From Heptranchias perlo (Eukaryota), in contig NC_090351.1 in assembly GCF_035084215.1 (NCBI RefSeq), positions 20,336,001 through 20,400,000 on the forward strand: DNA of 64,000 nucleotides. Reading direction: 5' to 3'. The notes under the pieces are model-generated. The model ran no database searches. It saw only the letters and a list, made by a program, of their open reading frames with translations, and had not been told where the DNA came from. Positions 10,411 through 23,459 of this stretch are shown here, piece by piece. Made by a program: the position numbers and the translations under genes. Positions within the stretch are counted from its first letter, which is position 1. Each line of letters opens with the position of its first letter.

Positions 10411-12416
10411 ACCATGAGCTAGCAACCCTGGATGGTCATTTTACATGGATATGATTCCAAAAGGAAGTCCTGCACACTAGAATGTCAGGAAGTGGCATGC
10501 TGAAGGTCCATGCCCCGAGCTAAATGAAGCTGCTGCCTATTTCAGGCAGGCACTTATCCCAGTATTTCCTACCCATAGGAACCATAGGAAATTGTACATA
10601 ACAAATTGGGTGTAGATCCATGGTAATGTATCTCAGTCCACTTTTCCAATCGGGATCATCCAATTTCAACTTAAGTCTCCTCAAACAGTTTTTCCTCCTG
10701 CTTCTACACAGTCACCTCTGGTGTGTCCCAGAGTTCCATTTCTGACCTTATATTATTCATCATCTATATGCTACCCCTGAGGCACACCATCCACGATCTT
10801 CCTCATGTACACCAATGACCAACTCTACCTCTATGACCAATGATTCCAAGGCTGCTGCAGTTGTCATTTAACTGCCTTTTTAACATCAAGTACTGAAGGG
10901 GTCATAACCTCCTACAGCTCAATGTCGGAAAGACCAAAGCTTTCCTCTTGGCAGCACTTGTGTGCCTCCGGCACTGACTTCATCAATCTACTTGGCTGCA
11001 TGTTCAGGCTGAGCCCAGTGGTGTACCAACTCAGCATTCTCTTTGATCCTGCAGGGAGGCTTCTATCCCACATCTGGACTGTGGCCAAGACTGCTTTCTT
11101 CCAACTTCCAGAACACACTCCCTCAGATGAAGGCAAGGATGTGGGTTTCAGTAGCACTTTGAGAATCAATTTTCAAACTCTCCCCTTGCCAGCCTCCTCA
11201 CCTCCACCTTCACAAACTTCAGCTAGTCCAAAATATTTTGGACAGAGTCTCCTCCCCACACTCCATCATCCGCATCCTTGTCAACTCCACTGGCAGCCTG
11301 TGCCCCACTGAATCAACTTCAAGATTCTCATCCTCGTTTCCAAATCTTCCCATGACCTAACCGAATCCTATCTTGGAAATCTTACCCAGTTATATATGCC
11401 AGCGCACACTTCATTCCTGTGACTCTGGATAATCATTCATCCCCCTTCCTCCTTTAGCTCCACCATTACAGGCCAATCCTTCAGGCGTTACATCTCTGCC
11501 CTCTGCAACTCCCTTCCAAAACTAGTTCTTTCCTTGCTTTCAAGGCCTTCCAAAAACCTCTCTTTTGACTGTGCCTTCAGTCAAAACCCCTAATTCCTTT
11601 ACTTGCTGCTCAGTATGAACTTCTTCCCACTTGTAAAGCACTTGCAGATGTTATTTTGCATGAGGAGCACTATATAGATGTCAGTCTTCAAGTTATCAAC
11701 AAAGCATTTCATTTTGGGAAATATGACAATTTCTTAGCTGCAAATTATATGATATGCCTATATACACGTTTCATCCCAAAGAATTGGCTATCGATCCCTC
11801 CTCCTATAATGTAAGTAAAAGAAGAGCTTTCTCTGTAATGATTAAGTATAATTAACTGGTGATAGTTGATACTGGTACATTTTATTCCAGGCTACATAAA
11901 GCCAACTGTAATCAGCTGAATGAGTGGTAGTGCAGGTTGCTGCAAGTTTTCAGGCTATAATTATTATGTCTCTGACCTACCAGATATATAGTTCTGTGTA
12001 TTTTTAAGTTTAGTATCAACTTGTTTTTGTCCTTTGTAGATCTCCCAATCAGAATTCAATGTTGCAATAGACAGCAGAATTTCAAACTCTGCTGGATGTT
12101 AGAGTTCTTGTAATAAATTGTTCCTTTGTTTCCAGCTAGAATGCTATATGGCCTACTCTTAATTCAAAGTTGCCTACTCAAATATTTTTAGCACTAAATT
12201 CCCAATTTGCTGTGTTATTTAAATTGCTTAACCCAAATCATTAGCTATACATATTTTTAGTGCAAAAAGTGACTAAAATATCCATGGACAGTAATCAGTG
12301 TGAGAAGCTCAAGGAGTTGAATTGCCATTAGGATTAACATTATGTCACTCCCCATTAAGTTTTATTGTGCAACCTTTCTAAATATGAAATAAAGCAGGTT
12401 GATAAATATCTATAAG

Positions 12417-14050
12417 NNNNNNNNNNNNNNNNNNNNNNNNNNNNNNNNNNNNNNNNNNNNNNNNNNNNNNNNNNNNNNNNNNNNNNNNNNNNNNNNNNNN
12501 NNNNNNNNNNNNNNNNNNNNNNNNNNNNNNNNNNNNNNNNNNNNNNNNNNNNNNNNNNNNNNNNNNNNNNNNNNNNNNNNNNNNNNNNNNNNNNNNNNNN
12601 NNNNNNNNNNNNNNNNNNNNNNNNNNNNNNNNNNNNNNNNNNGGAAGGGGAGGNNNNNNNNNNNNNNNNNNNNNNNNNNNNNNNNNNNNNNNNNNNNNNN
12701 NNNNNNNNNNNNNNNNNNNNNNNNNNNNNNNNNNNNNNNNNNNNNNNNNNNNNNNNNNNNNNNNNNNNNNNNNNNNNNNNNNNNNNNNNNNNNNNNNNNN
12801 NNNNNNNNNNNNNNNNNNNNNNNNNNNNNNNNNNNNNNNNNNNNNNNNNNNNNNNNNNNNNNNNNNNNNNNNNNNNNNNNNNNNNNNNNNNNNNNNNNNN
12901 NNNNNNNNGAGAGAGGGGGGAAGGGGAGGAGAGAGAGAGAGAGGGGGGAAGGGGAGGAGAGAGAGAGGGGGGGAAGGGGAGGAGAGAGATAGAGGGGGGG
13001 AAGGGGAGGAGAGAGAGAGAGGGGGGGAAGGGAGGAGAGAGAGGGGGGAAGGGAGGAGAGAGAGGGGGGGAAGGGAGGAGAGAGAGAGAGGGGGGGAAGG
13101 GGAGGAGAGAGATAGAGGGGGGGAAGGGGAGGAGAGAGAGAGAGGGGGGGAAGGGAGGAGAGAGAGGGGGGAAGGGAGGAGAGAGAGGGGGGGAAGGGAG
13201 GAGAGAGAGAGAGGGGGGGAAGGGAGGAGAGAGAGAGGGGGGGAAGGGAGGAGAGAGAGAGGGGGGGAGGGAGGAGAGAGAGAGGGGGGGAGGGAGGAGA
13301 GAGAGAGGGGGGGAAGGGAGGAGAGAGAGAGGGGGGGAAGGGAGGAGAGAGAGAGGGGGGAAGGGAGGAGAGAGAGAGGGGGGGAAGGGAGGAGAGAGAG
13401 AGGGGGGGAAGGGAGGAGAGAGAGAGGGGGGGAAGGGAGGAGAGAGAGAGGGGGGGAAGGGAGGAGAGAGAGAGGGGGGGAAGGGAGGAGAGAGAGAGGG
13501 GGGAAAGGGAGGAGAGAGAGAGGGGGGAAGGGGAGGAGAGAGAGGGGGGGAAGGGGAGGAGAGAGAGAGAGGGGAAAGGGAGGAGAGAGAGAGGGGGGAA
13601 AGGGAGGAGAGAAGGGAGAGGGGGGAAAGGGAGGAGAGAAGGGAGAGGGGGGAAAGGGAGGAGAGAAGGGAGAGGGGGGAAAGGGGAGGAGAGAAGGGAG
13701 AGGGGGGAAAGGGAGGAGAGAAGGGAGAGGGGGGAAAGGGGAGGAGAGAAGGGAGAGGGGGGAAAGGGGAGGAGAGGGGGGAAAGGGGAGGAGAGGGGGG
13801 AAAGGGGAGGAGAGGGGGGAAAGGGGAGGAGAGGGGGGAAAGGGGAGGAGAGGGGGGAAAGGGGAGGAGAGGGGGGAAAGGGGAGGAGAGGGGGGAAAGG
13901 GGAGGAGAGGGGGGAAAGGGGAGGAGAGAAGGGAGAAAGGAGGAGAGGGGAGGAGGGAGGGGAGAAGGGAGGGGAGAAGGGAGGAGAGAAGAGAGGGGGG
14001 AGAGGGGAGAGGAGGGAGGAGAGGAGGGAGGAGAGGAGGGAGGGGAACAG
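12417..14050 (+). repeat. N-masked stretch plus ~1.1-kb polypurine (G/A) minisatellite
   Basis: 12909-14046 is almost only G and A, with units of ~19-27 nt that change along the array. N runs at 12417-12908. Confidence 0.95.
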
Positions 14051-14599
14051 GAGAGAAAGACAGACAAACAATGAACGAAATGAGATTGAATGTTGATGCA
14101 GAAGGCACTTATCACGTAATTAGGATTAAGTCCAAATAATAATTCAGAATATATGAACTCCTGCAAAGGGAATATGATAAAAGGTTGTTCAGATACATCA
14201 AAATTTCAATTCTTTTATCATACACATTTTTGACAGTACTTCAATTTTATTTGTTATCTGCCCTGTTTAAAGCATTTCACAAAGTTTCTTGGTCATAGAT
14301 TTATTGTTTGCGCCATGGAAATTTATTGCAAGCTTATTGACAAACTGCCAAAATGTGCAGCTATATGATAGAGCTTTGATGCTATATGTCAGAAATTTAG
14401 CAGAGCCAAGTAAATTTTGCGCCGTATATCAGGTACTTCAAATTGTGTGTTACAAGTTCACTACGGTGGTAGAGGCAGTGTTGTGTGATGGATGTTTGAT
14501 TCCATGCTGTGGCATTGCAATCTCATGCAGAGATATATTTAAAGTCAAGAACAAGCAAAAACCATTTGGCCCATCATCAAACTCACACAGTGCAGCATC

Positions 14600-14946
14600 C
14601 AACTTTTTGATTTTATTTGTCCTTGGAATATGGGTGATGCTAGCAAGGCTGTATTTATTGTCCATTCATAGTTGGCCATTGGGCACTAACAGTCAGCCAC
14701 ATAGTCTGGAACTGGAGTCACGTATAGGCCAGACCAGGTAGGGATGCCAGATTCCCTTTCCTGAACCAGTGAACCAGTTGGGTTTTTAAACTTAAAATTC
14801 AGAAGCTTCATGGCCATTTTCTTTCTGGTGCGAGCATACAAGTTACCGGATTTTATTGAATTCAGTTTCACAACTTGCCATTGTAGTATTTGAATTCAAC
14901 ACCTTTGGGTTGCTCGGCTAGCACCATAACCAATGGACTACCATAC
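14600..14946 (-). mobile_element. tRNA-derived SINE with a tail shared with the 40020/59322 LINE family
   Basis: Tail (atgggtgatgctagcaaggctgtatttattgtcc) resembles the LINE 3' end. tRNA-like head at ~14880-14946 (rc ggtatggtagtccattggttatggtgc...gaattcaaatac). Confidence 0.6.
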
Positions 14947-14984
14947 CTTGTAAAGTATTTTAGATACCCCAATGATCTTTGAAT

Positions 14985-15370
14985 TACATAGAATTACATA
15001 GAATGCACAGCACAGAAACAGGACATTCGGCCCAACCTTCTTCATCTAACCCCATCAACATATCCTTCCATTCCTTTCTCCCTCATGTGTTTATCTAGCT
15101 TCCCCTTAAATGTATCTATGCTCATCGCCTCAACTACTCCTTGTGGTAACAAGTTCCACATTCTAAACACTCTCTGGGTAAAAATGTTTCTCCTGAATTA
15201 CCTATTGGATTTATTAGTGACTATCTTATACTTATGGCCCCTAGTTCTGGTCTCCCGCCGCAAGTGGAAACATCTTCTCTATGTCTACCCTATTAAACCC
15301 TTTCATAATCTTAAAGACCTCGATCAGGTCACCCCCTCAGTCTTCTCTTTTCTAGAGAAAAGAGCACCAA
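14985..15370 (-). mobile_element. CR1 3' fragment
   Basis: acatagaattacatagaa tail, then the reverse complement of the RT C-terminus (atggcccctagttctgg, tcaggtcacccctcag). Confidence 0.8.
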
Positions 15371-15459
15371 ACCCTGCCTGGGTCCTATCTTACCTATTAT
15401 ATTATTCCAAATGTTTATCATTTGAGTAAAAATTATTTCTAATATAGGTTTTGAATTAC

Positions 15460-15850
15460 ATTTTCACTAATTTAGATTAACATCCTCTTGTCTTACTGCC
15501 CTGACTTATCTTCAAGTCATTCTTCATGTACCTTATCTTTACCATTTAATACCTTATAAATCTCAATGAGGTCCCTTTTAACCACCTGTCTAGAGCTTAT
15601 GTTTCTCTGATCTTTTGTCATAGCTCAACCCTCATACTTTGTATAATTCTTGCTGCTATTCTCTGTACCCTTTCCAATGTAACAAAGTCCCATTTGAAGT
15701 GTGCTCCCAAAATTGTATGCAGTACGCCAAGTCTGACCAGTACATTACAAAAGGAGGAGTGAGACTAGCTGGATTGCTCTTGCATAGAGCCGGCACAGAC
15801 TCAATAGGCCGAATGGCCTCCTTCCGTGCTGTAACCTTTCAATGATTCTA
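15460..15850. mobile_element. Decayed CR1 pieces (minus 15460-15740; plus-strand tail 15757-15850)
   Basis: aattgtatgcagtacgcc (rc of the LEYC.QF region) and the tail ggccgaatggcctccttccgtgctgtaa. Confidence 0.55.
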
Positions 15851-16489
15851 AAGCCTCAGCATAACCTCTGTAGATTTACGGTTCAATTTTGCATGGCTTT
15901 GCTGGTAGCATGGAGCCTCACTAAAGATGAGCATGGTTTGCAAAATTGGATGTGCAGGTCTGTGCTCCTTCACAGCATGCCACATTTTACAGCAAACAAA
16001 ATAGCCAGGCAAATGGAGGCTGCACTGGTGGCCAACGCAAGCCTCATTTCAATACCTAAATTATTAAAACAGGTGCCAGGCTGAATTTCACATTCTTCCA
16101 GTATGGCCTCCAATAGTTGTCTTAACTTTTTAGATAGACCAATTTTACATTTATTCCCTCAACAAAATATTTACTGATTCACTATTCCATCAATGTGGAA
16201 TTGAATGTATTCATCAATATGAATTCTAAAAGAAACACGTGTTTGGATCAATACTCCATGTTAAAATTAGCGATTGACACTGTTACAGGACCAGAGATCA
16301 GTGAATCGTTACAAACATTAAACGGCTTTCAAAAATTCAATTCCATTTAACAGGAAACTTTCAGGACCACTAATATGTCCGAAAGATAATTATTCTTGCA
16401 TTAGCTAAATAAATTGGCAAAGCTCAGTAAAAAGATCTTTGTTTAGGGAAATCGATCTTGGAGCAATAAATCACTCTGCTGGTTCAGTC

Positions 16490-16723
16490 TAAGTGGCAGC
16501 GGCAATCAGAGCAGCGTTAATCCAGCAAATTGGACATTGCCATTGATTTTATTGGGATTATGGAATTCTCACCGTTTCGGCGAGGTTCACAGCAAGAGCA
16601 GCGCAGGGGGTCCCAGGAACTTTTGGCGTGGCGTAAGTAATGTCCTGAGTCACTCCCACCATAATGTCCTGGAAATAGTAATGGTGTGCGCCGTAGATGT
16701 ATGTTTCCAGCAAATTCCGGCCC
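16490..16723. mobile_element. Partial Harbinger-type MITE (one end)
   Basis: Ends in CAGCAAATTCCGGCCC, the same TIR as the 4238/23974 family. CpG-rich. Confidence 0.5.
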
Positions 16724-19700
16724 GATGTATCCTTCCCCCACTGCAGGCAGTGTATAACAAAGTAAATGGTTTCAGTCATGCCTCTGACACAACATAAATG
16801 CTACTACTGGTGGTGCAGAGAAATCAACCTGCGGTACAAACTGGGCAATTTCTTTAGCAGTGCCAATGTCATCAGACATAGTTCTCCAATATAAAAGCAG
16901 CATTAGTTCAACAGTTAGTTGCTGGAATGCAAGCAACCGAAAATGATTTTTATTAATAATTCTGTGAATGCTATTAATTACATTAAAACAATAACTTCAG
17001 AATAAACAGTGTAGCAGCAATATATGATGGGCTGATCGGATGCTTCATATATTGTATGTAATAAACCCAGCACCATAAAAAACATCACCTATATGCCATA
17101 TTTTGCATAAGTATATGTTATTTGAATGTGAACATATAAGTGTTGGGAGTTTGGAGAATTATATATATCTGCAACTTAGCAGGGTGCTTGCTGCAAATGT
17201 TTACTTAGGGTGCTTAATAAACCTGCGACATTTAACTGGATCTGTGAGAATCACGTTAGTTTACAGTCCAGTCATACTGCTGCCACGTTGCTTCAGATTT
17301 GAGAAGTGTAGCTTTTGCTCCAGATCAGTTCAGATCTTTTCTTTCTCTAAATTGGCTTACAACACAGGGTTTTGTATAAATTAGTTGTTAATTCATAGCC
17401 AATATGAATTTGCCGCTGTGGTATGATAAACCAGACTCTACATGAACATCAGTGACATTTTGTGCCAATCATAGTCTAGCACTCCTCTGAGAAACTCTCT
17501 GGGGTGTTTCCTATATCATAAAAATCAACCATTGAGGCAGTGTATTGGCACTGGGCTTTGATAAATTAATGCTCCGTGTCACAAAGGAAGCATGCAGGTT
17601 TGATTTCCTGCTCTTTCCTGCTGAGGTGGCGGATGCCAAACAGATACCAAGTGGGAGAAGGAAAAATCAGACTGGCAATTCACTCCTCCTAGTGACCAGC
17701 CAAAATGAGCATTGGCGAATGTAATGCCTGCCACCCCCAACAATAATTGCACGAGACATGAGCAGACTGAAGAATAGGGATAACTTACTTACCAGGAATA
17801 AATGTCGACCATAGCCTATGACAAATTGAGCATCCTGCTCCCTACAAAGGAGGCAAAATTGAAATATGGCTGCTCCCTGCACCATGCCTACTGTATTTAC
17901 ATTTAAATGACTGGTGTACAAGGACAATATATCATCCATGCGTCCTATGGGTGTAGCTGTAACTATCCTATGTGCTACCTCAGCACATCATCAGTGTCTC
18001 TTGTAACTTGCATAAAAAAGACTTCTCAGTCTACCGGAATTCGGCAGATAGAAAGCATGAATATTTTAGCTGGGGATGGTGTTTGGTGTTAGGGGACCAA
18101 AAGGGGAAGAGAGAAAAAGGAAATAACTTACGACCCACCCATACCAGTGGTGTGTCACCACAGCAGAGACTGAATCATCTATCAGGGTCAAAAGAGCTCA
18201 CTTGATGACTACAATGAAAAAAATCAGCTGCGTGGCATCACTCCCCCGCATGTAACATATCAACATTATCCACTGGCTTGCTCCCTTGGAAAAGTGCACC
18301 CAGCAAAACAAATAATTCATTTTTCTTTAGAAAAAAAAAATTTGCAAGTTAAATAGAGAAGAGCTTGGGGGTAATTGCTTCCTTAAAGGCCTCTTTTAGA
18401 CAACCACACAGCACAGAGGCAGGGAGTGTAATAATGAAGGCACTTCCTTTACAGTCTCTGGTTCGCACTGCATCACAGGATACCACATGGACTTATTTTA
18501 CTTTCCAAGGAAGTAAGTTTCCACTGTAATATACAATTTTTCATTTTTAAAGCACCTAAAATTGCAATGTTTCTAAAAGTTTAAAGCATCACTGCCACCA
18601 ATAGTTCACAATATTTATAGTATCCGCTAACTTGCCTGGCAGAAAGAACGAGTAATTTAATCACTAATTGCTCATCGGATGGGTATACTCATATACTTCC
18701 TCTCACTTTAACTGACAAATGGTGGCTGCTTTGACTCTTGTTCTACTAGAATCCTGTGGCTTGCTCCAGTTGCCACTACATGATCTGTAGCCTTTCATGC
18801 TAACACTACTGCAGATCTGGGACCTCTAAAACCCAAACACACAGATGTAAAGTTAGGATGTCAGTGCAGGGACATCAGGTGCTCCGGCCTGAAGATGTAC
18901 GAGATATCAACGGCTCACTTCACTGTTCAGCTAAGTTGAGTTTACACTGCCAGAATATTGATATTATGGTATGAAGGTCACAGGCAATGGGCTGAGATTT
19001 TGTAAAAGTTTCATTGTGGCTTTGGTGAGTATTGGTTAGAGTTGAGTTCTTACTGAATTCGGTCCAGCAAAAACTTGGCAACGTGAGCACTGGAGTTCAA
19101 TCTGCTACCTGCAGCCAATGTCAACATACAAAATACATGTCAACCTACAAAACTTCAGAAAAAGCAGACACAGCCCCCAAAAAGTTGTCAATCCAATAAA
19201 CAAGGTACAACTGAAAAACATCCCTGAATGTGACCAATGCCAAACCAGCAGAATAAGTTAAATTCATTTTTATTACATTTTCAGTTTTTTAAACTAGTGT
19301 TTTACCACATTTAGACCATTTCTAATTCAAACTTTGGTAAGTTGATCAATACATTCCTTCTGATGCATGATCTGTTTGAGATGGAATAGGAATAAATTGA
19401 AGATGCCTCACTCTCAATAATGTTAAGTTGGGAAAAAAAGGTACACCACAATAATTAGTGTAATTAATTACAGCATGTGCCATTAAACATGAACCAGGAA
19501 GGTTAAATAGTTTTTCTCAAAAAGAGAATGCTGTCAAACTGGTTGATCTAAACTCTGTCAACCCACTTTCCACCTGTAAAACTGAGAGATGTGCCAAGTG
19601 ATATGGAAATACTGGAGTGATTCTGCAATTACATCATAGCATTGCCAGTCTTTCAGAGTAAAATTGTCATTCAAATGAAATACTATTTGCATATGATTTC

Positions 19701-19757
19701 ATACTCTTGTTGTGGTGTCGATTTAAGTACAATGAAACTTGTAAATTATGGACACCT

Positions 19758-19840
19758 TAGAACATAAGAACATAAGAAATAGGAGCAGGAGTAGGCCAAT
19801 CGGCCCCTCGAGCCTGCTCCGCCATTCAATAAGATCATGA
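19758..19840 (-). mobile_element. Young CR1 3' tail only
   Basis: aacataagaacataagaaataggagcaggagtaggccaatcggcccctcgagcctgctcc is a near-exact reverse complement of 10320-10400. Confidence 0.9.
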
Positions 19841-20541
19841 TTAGGTTCTGGCATCAACTGTCTTTTTGTTGCAGACGTCCTCATTTTCAAAATGACCATT
19901 GTATGTACTGAAAAATTTTCCCAACAATCTTGAAGAACCAGCTGAGATTATGATCAGCAACTAATCAGTTGCAACAATGCTAAGAATCCCCCTCCCACAC
20001 ACGAGTGTTCAGGTCTGTTCACTGAACAGTTTTGCAGTCTAACTTCCCATTTCATTTCAAACCGCTCTCACTTGGAGCCGAGTGTAACTTCAGTAATGAA
20101 CGGTGTTTCTCAATTCTACTTACCAGTATTAGGGAAATCACAGGACCAAAAAAATGGGGGAAATGTGATGACAGGTTTTGCTGGTATATTGAAGCTTCCA
20201 ACGGCAAGTCTTAGAACAGATTGAGAACATTTGGGAGGGAAAACACAACAGGTCGCATTATGGGTAGGAGTGAAATTGCAGTTTTCTGGTTGAGCAGTGA
20301 ATCTGCAGGAAGGCTGACTGATAGCTGGGAGTCACAGGCCAGCCCATCACCCTATAGAGCAGCAGAAAGACAGGGAGAGCCGGGACAGCCATCCACCTTC
20401 ACTCCCCAAAGCCTAAACTCCTCAAAGAAGCGGATCCACCATCAGAACACGAGGGAAAGAAGACGATGGCAGGATCAGGGGGAAGAGGAGCTGCCAGCAG
20501 CCGCTGAAAGAATATGGACACGGTACTGGGGCAGGAAAGGA

Positions 20542-20870
20542 CTGCCCCTCTTGCCGTTCGCACGCGCTTTCCTTGATTCAGGAGGCTGGTGAGGTCAGTG
20601 CATGCAGGTCAGTGCGAGGCAGCAGCGGGTTTTGGGCAAGAAACGTTTTTTGTTGAATGGGGAGTTCCTTACCCAGCATCCAAAACGGCAGGGAAACTGC
20701 TCTATCCCTGGAATAGAGCCGTGAAAGCATTCAATCCCAGAGAGAAAGCGGTTTCTCTGCGGTGATGCTGAGTAAAGAGCTCCCCATTTCACAAAACTCG
20801 CTGCCGCCTCGCACTGACTTGCATAGACTTACCGCACGAAAGTGACGAGCCCAAGAAAATATGGGGGCAG
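20542..20870. repeat. Long imperfect palindrome (core 20594-20832)
   Basis: Arms such as atgcaggtcagtgcgaggcagcagcgggttttg / caaaactcgctgccgcctcgcactgacttgcat and gaatggggagttccttacccagcatc / gatgctgagtaaagagctccccattt. Confidence 0.85.
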
Positions 20871-21211
20871 AAAGGAAGCAAGCTGCAAGAAGAGCCAGTG
20901 ATCCTGACTGGGTAAAAGTTCAAGATGCAGCAGCTTTGCAATAAGCTGTGTTCCATATTTTAAGTTGTAATAGGGCTTGGTGCATTGAAGGCTGTCCGTA
21001 GTTCGTAATTTGCGAGCGTCCGTGATTTCAGAGTGCCTCTTGTATATTTTACCATGTAGGTTATTTGGGTCTCTCAATAAGTGTCCGTTCTTTGCAGGTG
21101 TCACTCTGATTCCATTAAATAATTTTGCCTCATTCATGTTGGACAGGTTATACTAGCCAGGAGTTAGTGGCACTCATCTAAAAATGATAGCACCAATGTA
21201 TTACTGGATAA

Positions 21212-23455
21212 TTACAACAGCAACTTGCAATTGTATAGCAAGCACATTTAACATAGTAAAACATCCCAAGGTGCTTCACAGGAGCATAATTAGACAAAAA
21301 TTGACACTGAATCAAAGGAGACACTAGAACAGACAAAGAGGTAGGTTTTAAGGAATGTTTTAAAGGAACAGAGAGAGGCAGAGAGATGGAGAGGCAGAAA
21401 GGCTTAAGGAGGGAATTCCAGAGTTTTCGGCCTAGACAGCTGAAGGCACGGCTGCCAACAGTGGGGTGAAGGAAATGGGGGATGCACAAGAGGCCAGATT
21501 TGGAGGAATGCAGAGTTCTTGGAGGATTGTAGGGACGCAGAGCTCTTGGAGGGTTGTAGGGCTGGAGGCGGTTACAGAGATAGGGAGGAGAGAGGCCATG
21601 GAGGAATTTGAACACAAGGATGAGAATTTTTAAATCACAGCGTTGCTGGACCGGGAACCAATCCAGGTCTGCGAGCACAGGGGTGATGGGTGAATGGGAC
21701 AATGCGAGATAGGATATGGGCAGCAGAGTTTTGGTCCAGCTGGCTTATGGAGGCTGGAAGATGGGAGGCTGGCCAGGAGAGTATTAGAATAGTTGAGTTT
21801 GGATGTAACAAAAGGATGGATGAGGGATTCAGCAGCAGATGGGCTGAGGCAGGAGTGGAGACGGGCCATATTGCAGACGTAGAAGTAGGCGGTGTTGGGG
21901 TTGGGTCGGAAGCTCAGCAAGGTCAAATAGGATGGTGAGATTGTGAACAGTCTGGTTCAGCCTGAGACAGTGGCCAAAGAGGGAAATAGAATTGGTGGCT
22001 AGGGAACCGGGTTTGTGATGGAGACCGAAGACAATGGCTTTGGTCTTCCCAATGTTCAATTGAAGGAAATTTCAACTCATCCAGGACAGGATGTCAGATA
22101 AGCAGTTTGACCACACAGAGGCAGTAGAGGCATCAGGACAGGTGATGGTGAGGTGGAGCTGGGTGTCATCAGCGACATACTGCTTTCCTTTATTAGCCGA
22201 GGCATAGAATATAAAAGCAGGGAGGTTATGCTAGAACTGTATAAAACACTAGTTCGGCCACAGCTTCAGTACTGTATACAGTTCTGGTCAACACATTACA
22301 GGAAAGATGTGATTGCACTCGAGAGGGTACAGAGGAGATTTACAAGGAAGTTGCCAGGACTGGAGAATTTTAGCTATGGGGAAAGATTGGATAGGCTGGG
22401 GTTGTTTTCTTTGAAACATAGGAGGCTGAAGGGAGATTTAATTGTGGCGTATAAAATTATGGGGGGCCTAGATAGTGTGGATAGGATGGATCTATTTCCC
22501 ATAGCAGAGAGGTTAACAACCAGGGGACATGGATTTAAAGTAATTGGCAGAAGGATTAGAGGGAACTCAATGCCTGAAAGGGTGGTAGGGGCAGAAACCC
22601 TCATCACATTTAAAAAGTGCTTGGATATACACTTGAAGTGCCATTACCGACAAGGCTACGGACCAAGTGCTGGAAAGTGGGATTTGGCATGATAGCTATT
22701 TTTCGGCCGGCACGGATACGATGGGCCAAATAGCCTCCTTCAGTGCCGTAAATTTCTATGATATGGAACCTGATATTGAGTTTTTGGATGATGTAACCAA
22801 GGGGCAGCATGTCGATGAGAATAGGGAATAAGAGTGGGCCAAGGATAGATCCTTGGGGGTCTCCAGAGGTAACAGTGGAGGGGTGGGAAACAAAGCCATT
22901 ACAGGAGGTAAGAGCCGAAGCAGGTGAAGGCAGACCCACTCAGCCGAACAGTGGAGAAGAGGGGTTGGAGGAGGATGGTGTGGTCAACCGTGTGAAAGGC
23001 TGCAGACAGGTAGAGAAGAATGAGGAGGAATAGTGACCATAGTTATAGTCACACAGGATGTCATTTGGGACTTTGATTAGGGCCGTTGCAGTGCTGTGAC
23101 AGGGGCGGAAACCGGAGTAGAGAGTTTCAAGTATGCAGTTGTGGGAAAGATGAGCACAGATTTGGGAGACAACAAAACGTTCAAGGACTTTGAAGAGGCA
23201 GGGGAGGTTGGAGATGGGGTGGTAGTTTGCAAGGACAGAGACGACAAGGTTTTTTTTTTGAGAAGGGTGATGACGGCAGGTTTGAAAGGGAGGAGGACAT
23301 TACCTGAGCAGAGTGAACTGTATACAATATCAGCTAGCATGGGGAGCAGGAAGGGAAGCTGCGTGGTCAGCTGTTTAATGGAAATAAGGTCGAGAATGCA
23401 GGAGGTGGGTCTCACGGACAAGATGAGCTCAGGGGAGCCATGAGGGTTGAGCAAG
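21212..23455 (-). mobile_element. L2 LINE fragment, interrupted by CR1
   Basis: Minus-strand ORFs give LNIGKTKAIVFG, SKLNYSNTLL, SPITPVLADLDWFPV, VTSGDPQGSILGPLLF. L2 tail caacttgcaattgtatagc at ~21215. Confidence 0.85.
22180..22762 (+). mobile_element. CR1 3' fragment inserted in L2
   Basis: FISRGIEYKSREVMLELYKTLVRPQLQYC...GYGPSAGKWD, then a tail ending ttctatgat. Confidence 0.85.
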
Positions 23456-23459
23456 ATCA

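Larger units (their letters stand above)
7618..10671. mobile_element. Old Harbinger-type element inserted in L2, itself interrupted by CR1
   Basis: Ends AGTCTAAATT / rc AGTTGAAATT with TAA on both sides (7615-7617, 10672-10674). The L2 reading continues across it. Confidence 0.5.
7320..11690 (+). mobile_element. Old L2 LINE fragment (7320-7614 + 10675-11690), interrupted
   Basis: ISNLSFLSKAL...HSTET...DFSVAFNTADHSI before the break. VTSGV.Q.S...FIIYMLPL and a decayed YADD region after it. L2-type tail at ~11630-11690. Confidence 0.75.

Noticed and set aside
12355-14166. Long Pro/Ser/Leu-rich ORFs (553-603 aa)
   Set aside because: Stop-free translations of a GA minisatellite and N runs, not genes.
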